From Actinomycetota bacterium (GTDB lineage Bacteria; Actinomycetota; UBA4738; HRBIN12): 64,000 nucleotides of DNA. Location: contig JBDUBL010000001.1 in the NCBI GenBank assembly GCA_040004125.1, positions 3,850 through 67,849 of the forward strand, written 5' to 3'. Below, in pieces: positions 63,057 through 64,000 of the stretch (positions are counted from its first letter, which is position 1; each line of letters begins with the position of its first letter). The notes under the pieces were generated by a model, which saw only the letters and a program-made list of their open reading frames with translations, did no database searches and had not been told where the DNA came from. The translations under genes and the position numbers were made by a program.

Positions 63057-64000
63057 GTCGACGATTCGTGCTGCTCGACCGCGACGGGACGATCAACGAG
63101 GAGCGTCACCACCTGAGCGATCCCGGCGAGGTCGCGCTGATCCCCGGCTCTGCTGAGGCGCTGACTCGCCTGCGGGACGAGCTCGGCATGGGCATCGTGA
63201 TCGTGACCAACCAGGCCGAGATCGGCCGCGGCAACCTCACGGTCGAGGCCCTCCAGCGGATCCACGAACGACTCCTAGCGTTGCTGGCCACGACCGGCGC
63301 CGGCGTCGATGCGATCGAGGTCTGCCCGCATCGCCCGGAGGAGGGCTGCGATTGCCGCAAGCCCGCAACCGGCTTGGCTCGCGCGGCCGCCGAGCGCTTC
63401 GGTTTCGACCTCGCCGATTCCTTCGTGATCGGCGATCACGCCAGCGACATGGGGCTCGGTCGCGCCGTCGGCGCGACGACCGTGTTGGTGCGCACGGGTC
63501 ATGGCGTGGAGGAAGCCGGGGCCGCCGCGCCGCTCGCGGACCATGTCGCCGACGACCTGGCAGGTGCGGTCGCTATCATCGCCGGGCTCCTCGGAGAGGA
63601 GGGTCGCGTGGACCCCATACAGGCGCAGTACCGGGCTCGGGCGTATCTCGCAGACGCCGCGTCCGCGATGGCGGGGCTGACCGAGGCGTGCCTCGAGGAC
63701 ATTTTGGCCGCGGCGGAGATCCTCGTGACGTCGTTCCGTTCCGGTGGCACGCTGCTGATCTGTGGCAACGGCGGCAGCGCGGCCGACGCACAACACCTGG
63801 CGACGGAGTTCGTGAGCGCGCTCACGCTCGACCACCTTCGCCCGGCGATGCGGGCGATCGCCCTGACCACCGACACGTCGGCATTGACCGCGATCGCCAA
63901 CGACTTCGGTGTCGAGCGCATGTTCTCCCGCCAGGTCGAGGCGATCGGCAACCCGGGAGATGTCTTGCTCGCGATCTCGACGAGCGGCAACTCTGCCAAC
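63053..64000 (+). CDS. gmhB-gmhA: apparent fusion of D,D-heptose-1,7-bisphosphate phosphatase (GmhB, HAD) and sedoheptulose-7-phosphate isomerase (GmhA, SIS); partial, runs off the right edge
   Basis: Open frame from the GTG at 63053 (GTGA with the hddA stop) to the window end, with no stop. It encodes LLDRDGTIN...VTNQ...CxCRKP (GmhB), then without interruption ...[13 protein letters not shown]...[16 protein letters not shown] (GmhA SIS). Not in the track because it has no stop. Confidence 0.65.
   Translation, partial: MSRRFVLLDRDGTINEERHHLSDPGEVALIPGSAEALTRLRDELGMGIVIVTNQAEIGRGNLTVEALQRIHERLLALLATTGAGVDAIEVCPHRPEEGCDCRKPATGLARAAAERFGFDLADSFVIGDHASDMGLGRAVGATTVLVRTGHGVEEAGAAAPLADHVADDLAGAVAIIAGLLGEEGRVDPIQAQYRARAYLADAASAMAGLTEACLEDILAAAEILVTSFRSGGTLLICGNGGSAADAQHLATEFVSALTLDHLRPAMRAIALTTDTSALTAIANDFGVERMFSRQVEAIGNPGDVLLAISTSGNSAN

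Overview
High-GC (~70%) actinobacterial chromosomal window. Coding is dense and mostly on the minus strand, with many 4-nt start/stop overlaps. The six-frame track is swamped by antisense and alternative-frame ORFs, so the calls below are based on recognisable protein families and on gene junctions. Gene starts were re-derived by codon arithmetic from the track coordinates. Non-ORF features (boxes, hairpins, repeats) were located by eye and may be a few nt off.

Layout:
(1) 1-11.7 kb is a complete dcw cell-wall/division cluster on the minus strand: mraZ, a small SD-preceded ORF, rsmH, ftsL-like, ftsI, murE, murF, mraY, murD, ftsW, murG, and the N-terminus of murC running off the left edge. An HNH nuclease lies upstream.
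(2) 12.6-17 kb holds a MoxR AAA+ / DUF58 / transglutaminase-like (TgpA) triad.
(3) 17-23 kb holds MerR, DUF3040 and an SOS mutagenesis operon (small W-rich ORF, dnaE2, dinB) behind a perfect TCGAAC-N4-GTTCGA LexA box.
(4) 24.6-28.2 kb is a sulfoquinovose-type sugar module: a class-V PLP enzyme, sqdB, and a membrane GT2 of the polyprenyl-phosphate type.
(5) 28-40 kb is mixed: two secreted metallophosphoesterases, a PknB-like PASTA kinase, a threonine aldolase, PFK, carbamate kinase plus a P-loop protein, and an MBL hydrolase.
(6) 40-45.3 kb is an NAD-type formate dehydrogenase operon. Its catalytic subunit carries an in-frame TGA (selenocysteine) followed by an fdhF-like SECIS, and its N-terminal 4Fe-4S cap sits on a separate NuoG-like gene downstream of a NuoE/F fusion. 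mobA follows, and fdhD is nearby.
(7) 48.7-55 kb is a one-carbon/folate island: fhs, a formimidoyltransferase plus cyclodeaminase, a GcvT-like protein, 5-FCL and a YgfZ-like protein.
(8) 55-64 kb holds an LLM oxidoreductase, ROK kinase, ArsA-like ATPase, SRPBCC, GT4, whiB, and the heptose genes hddA plus an apparent gmhB-gmhA fusion running off the right edge.

No rRNA, tRNA, CRISPR array or obvious transposase was seen.
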